A stretch of DNA of 64,000 nt, taken from Octopus vulgaris (taxonomy: Eukaryota). Shown here in pieces: positions 63,271 to 64,000 of this stretch; position 1 is the stretch's first letter; every line of letters starts with the position of its first letter. The translations under genes were made by a program, and so were the position numbers. A model generated the notes under the pieces. The model saw nothing but the letters and a program-made list of their open reading frames with translations, was not told the DNA's origin and ran no database searches. The DNA is taken from positions 17,360,001 through 17,424,000 of the forward strand of contig OX597839.1 of the NCBI GenBank assembly GCA_951406725.2, written 5' to 3'.

Positions 63271-64000
63271 CTTTCTAAATTGTAATCTGTACTTTCTAAA
63301 AAGTAATCTTTTTAAACCCTCCCTCACCTTCACTATCATTCTTGGAAAATTAGCAAAGTTCATGAGCACTATCTGCTCTTCTCAAAGACATGAAAAATCA
63401 AAAGGTATTCTATATGTGGAATATTCAACCAATTGACCAGAATTAATCATTAAGATAATTATTTTCTCCTCATCACTACAGGTATAATTTTAATTAAACT
63501 TTCTGGTGCCATTGCATTATATCTATTATTAACAACTTTACTAAACTTATTAAACCTATTTGATCCTAGGAAGATAATTCTTTTCAAAAGTAAAAAAATC
63601 ATTAATTATGTAAGTGATTGCTTTCTTCAGTAGTGTTAACAATTTAACTTTTATGTGTGTTATGGAAATTTTCCATCATTAGTCTTGTCTATTTTGTGTC
63701 GGGAATACTTTGCATGTATGTGTGTTCATTCCAAAAAGGTGAACAAGTTATGTATGCATGTGCTTCTAATTTTTTTTTGTTTTTGTTTTTTCTCTACCAA
63801 CATTCATGAATAAACCATGCCACTACTACAACCACTACTGTCAATATCATGTGAATAAAAACATCTTAGTGAAGTGGTTGATATTTTATCTTTTACATCT
63901 TACTTGTTTCAGTCATTGGACTACAGCCATGCTTGAGCACTTGAAGGCTCTAGCTGAAAAAATTGACCTCAGTGCTTTTTAAAATTTTTTTTCAAAACCT

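Noticed and set aside
62974-63369. 131-aa minus-strand ORF
   Set aside because: Mostly a decayed family E SINE read through by chance.
1-64000. Conserved bilaterian microRNAs, rRNA or snRNA genes
   Set aside because: No match to mature sequences I could recall by eye; a covariance-model scan is needed to exclude them formally.

Overview
AT-rich, microsatellite-dense eukaryotic non-coding DNA. By inference from its repeat families and composition it is most likely a coleoid cephalopod (Octopus-like) intron or intergenic region. I could not support any intact host protein-coding gene; nearly all track ORFs are microsatellite or SINE artefacts. The window is dominated by mobile DNA: several tRNA-headed SINE families, RTE-tailed non-autonomous elements, a young 5'-truncated CR1-type LINE with one frameshift (28172-29627), decayed RTE, Helitron and two Tc1/mariner transposase remnants, TTAA-flanked piggyBac-like MITEs and long fold-back elements. 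The most notable hidden signal is a set of short, unrelated, (TA)n-embedded elements that each carry a minimal type-I hammerhead ribozyme fold. Three are structurally complete, one has an A6U core change and three are decayed. They have short palindromic or near-palindromic stem III segments, and the C3-G8 core pair occurs as C-G, U-A and G-C, as expected of Penelope-like/retrozyme-type LTR remnants. Repeat boundaries were read by eye and are approximate (about 10-20 bp) unless exact motifs are quoted.
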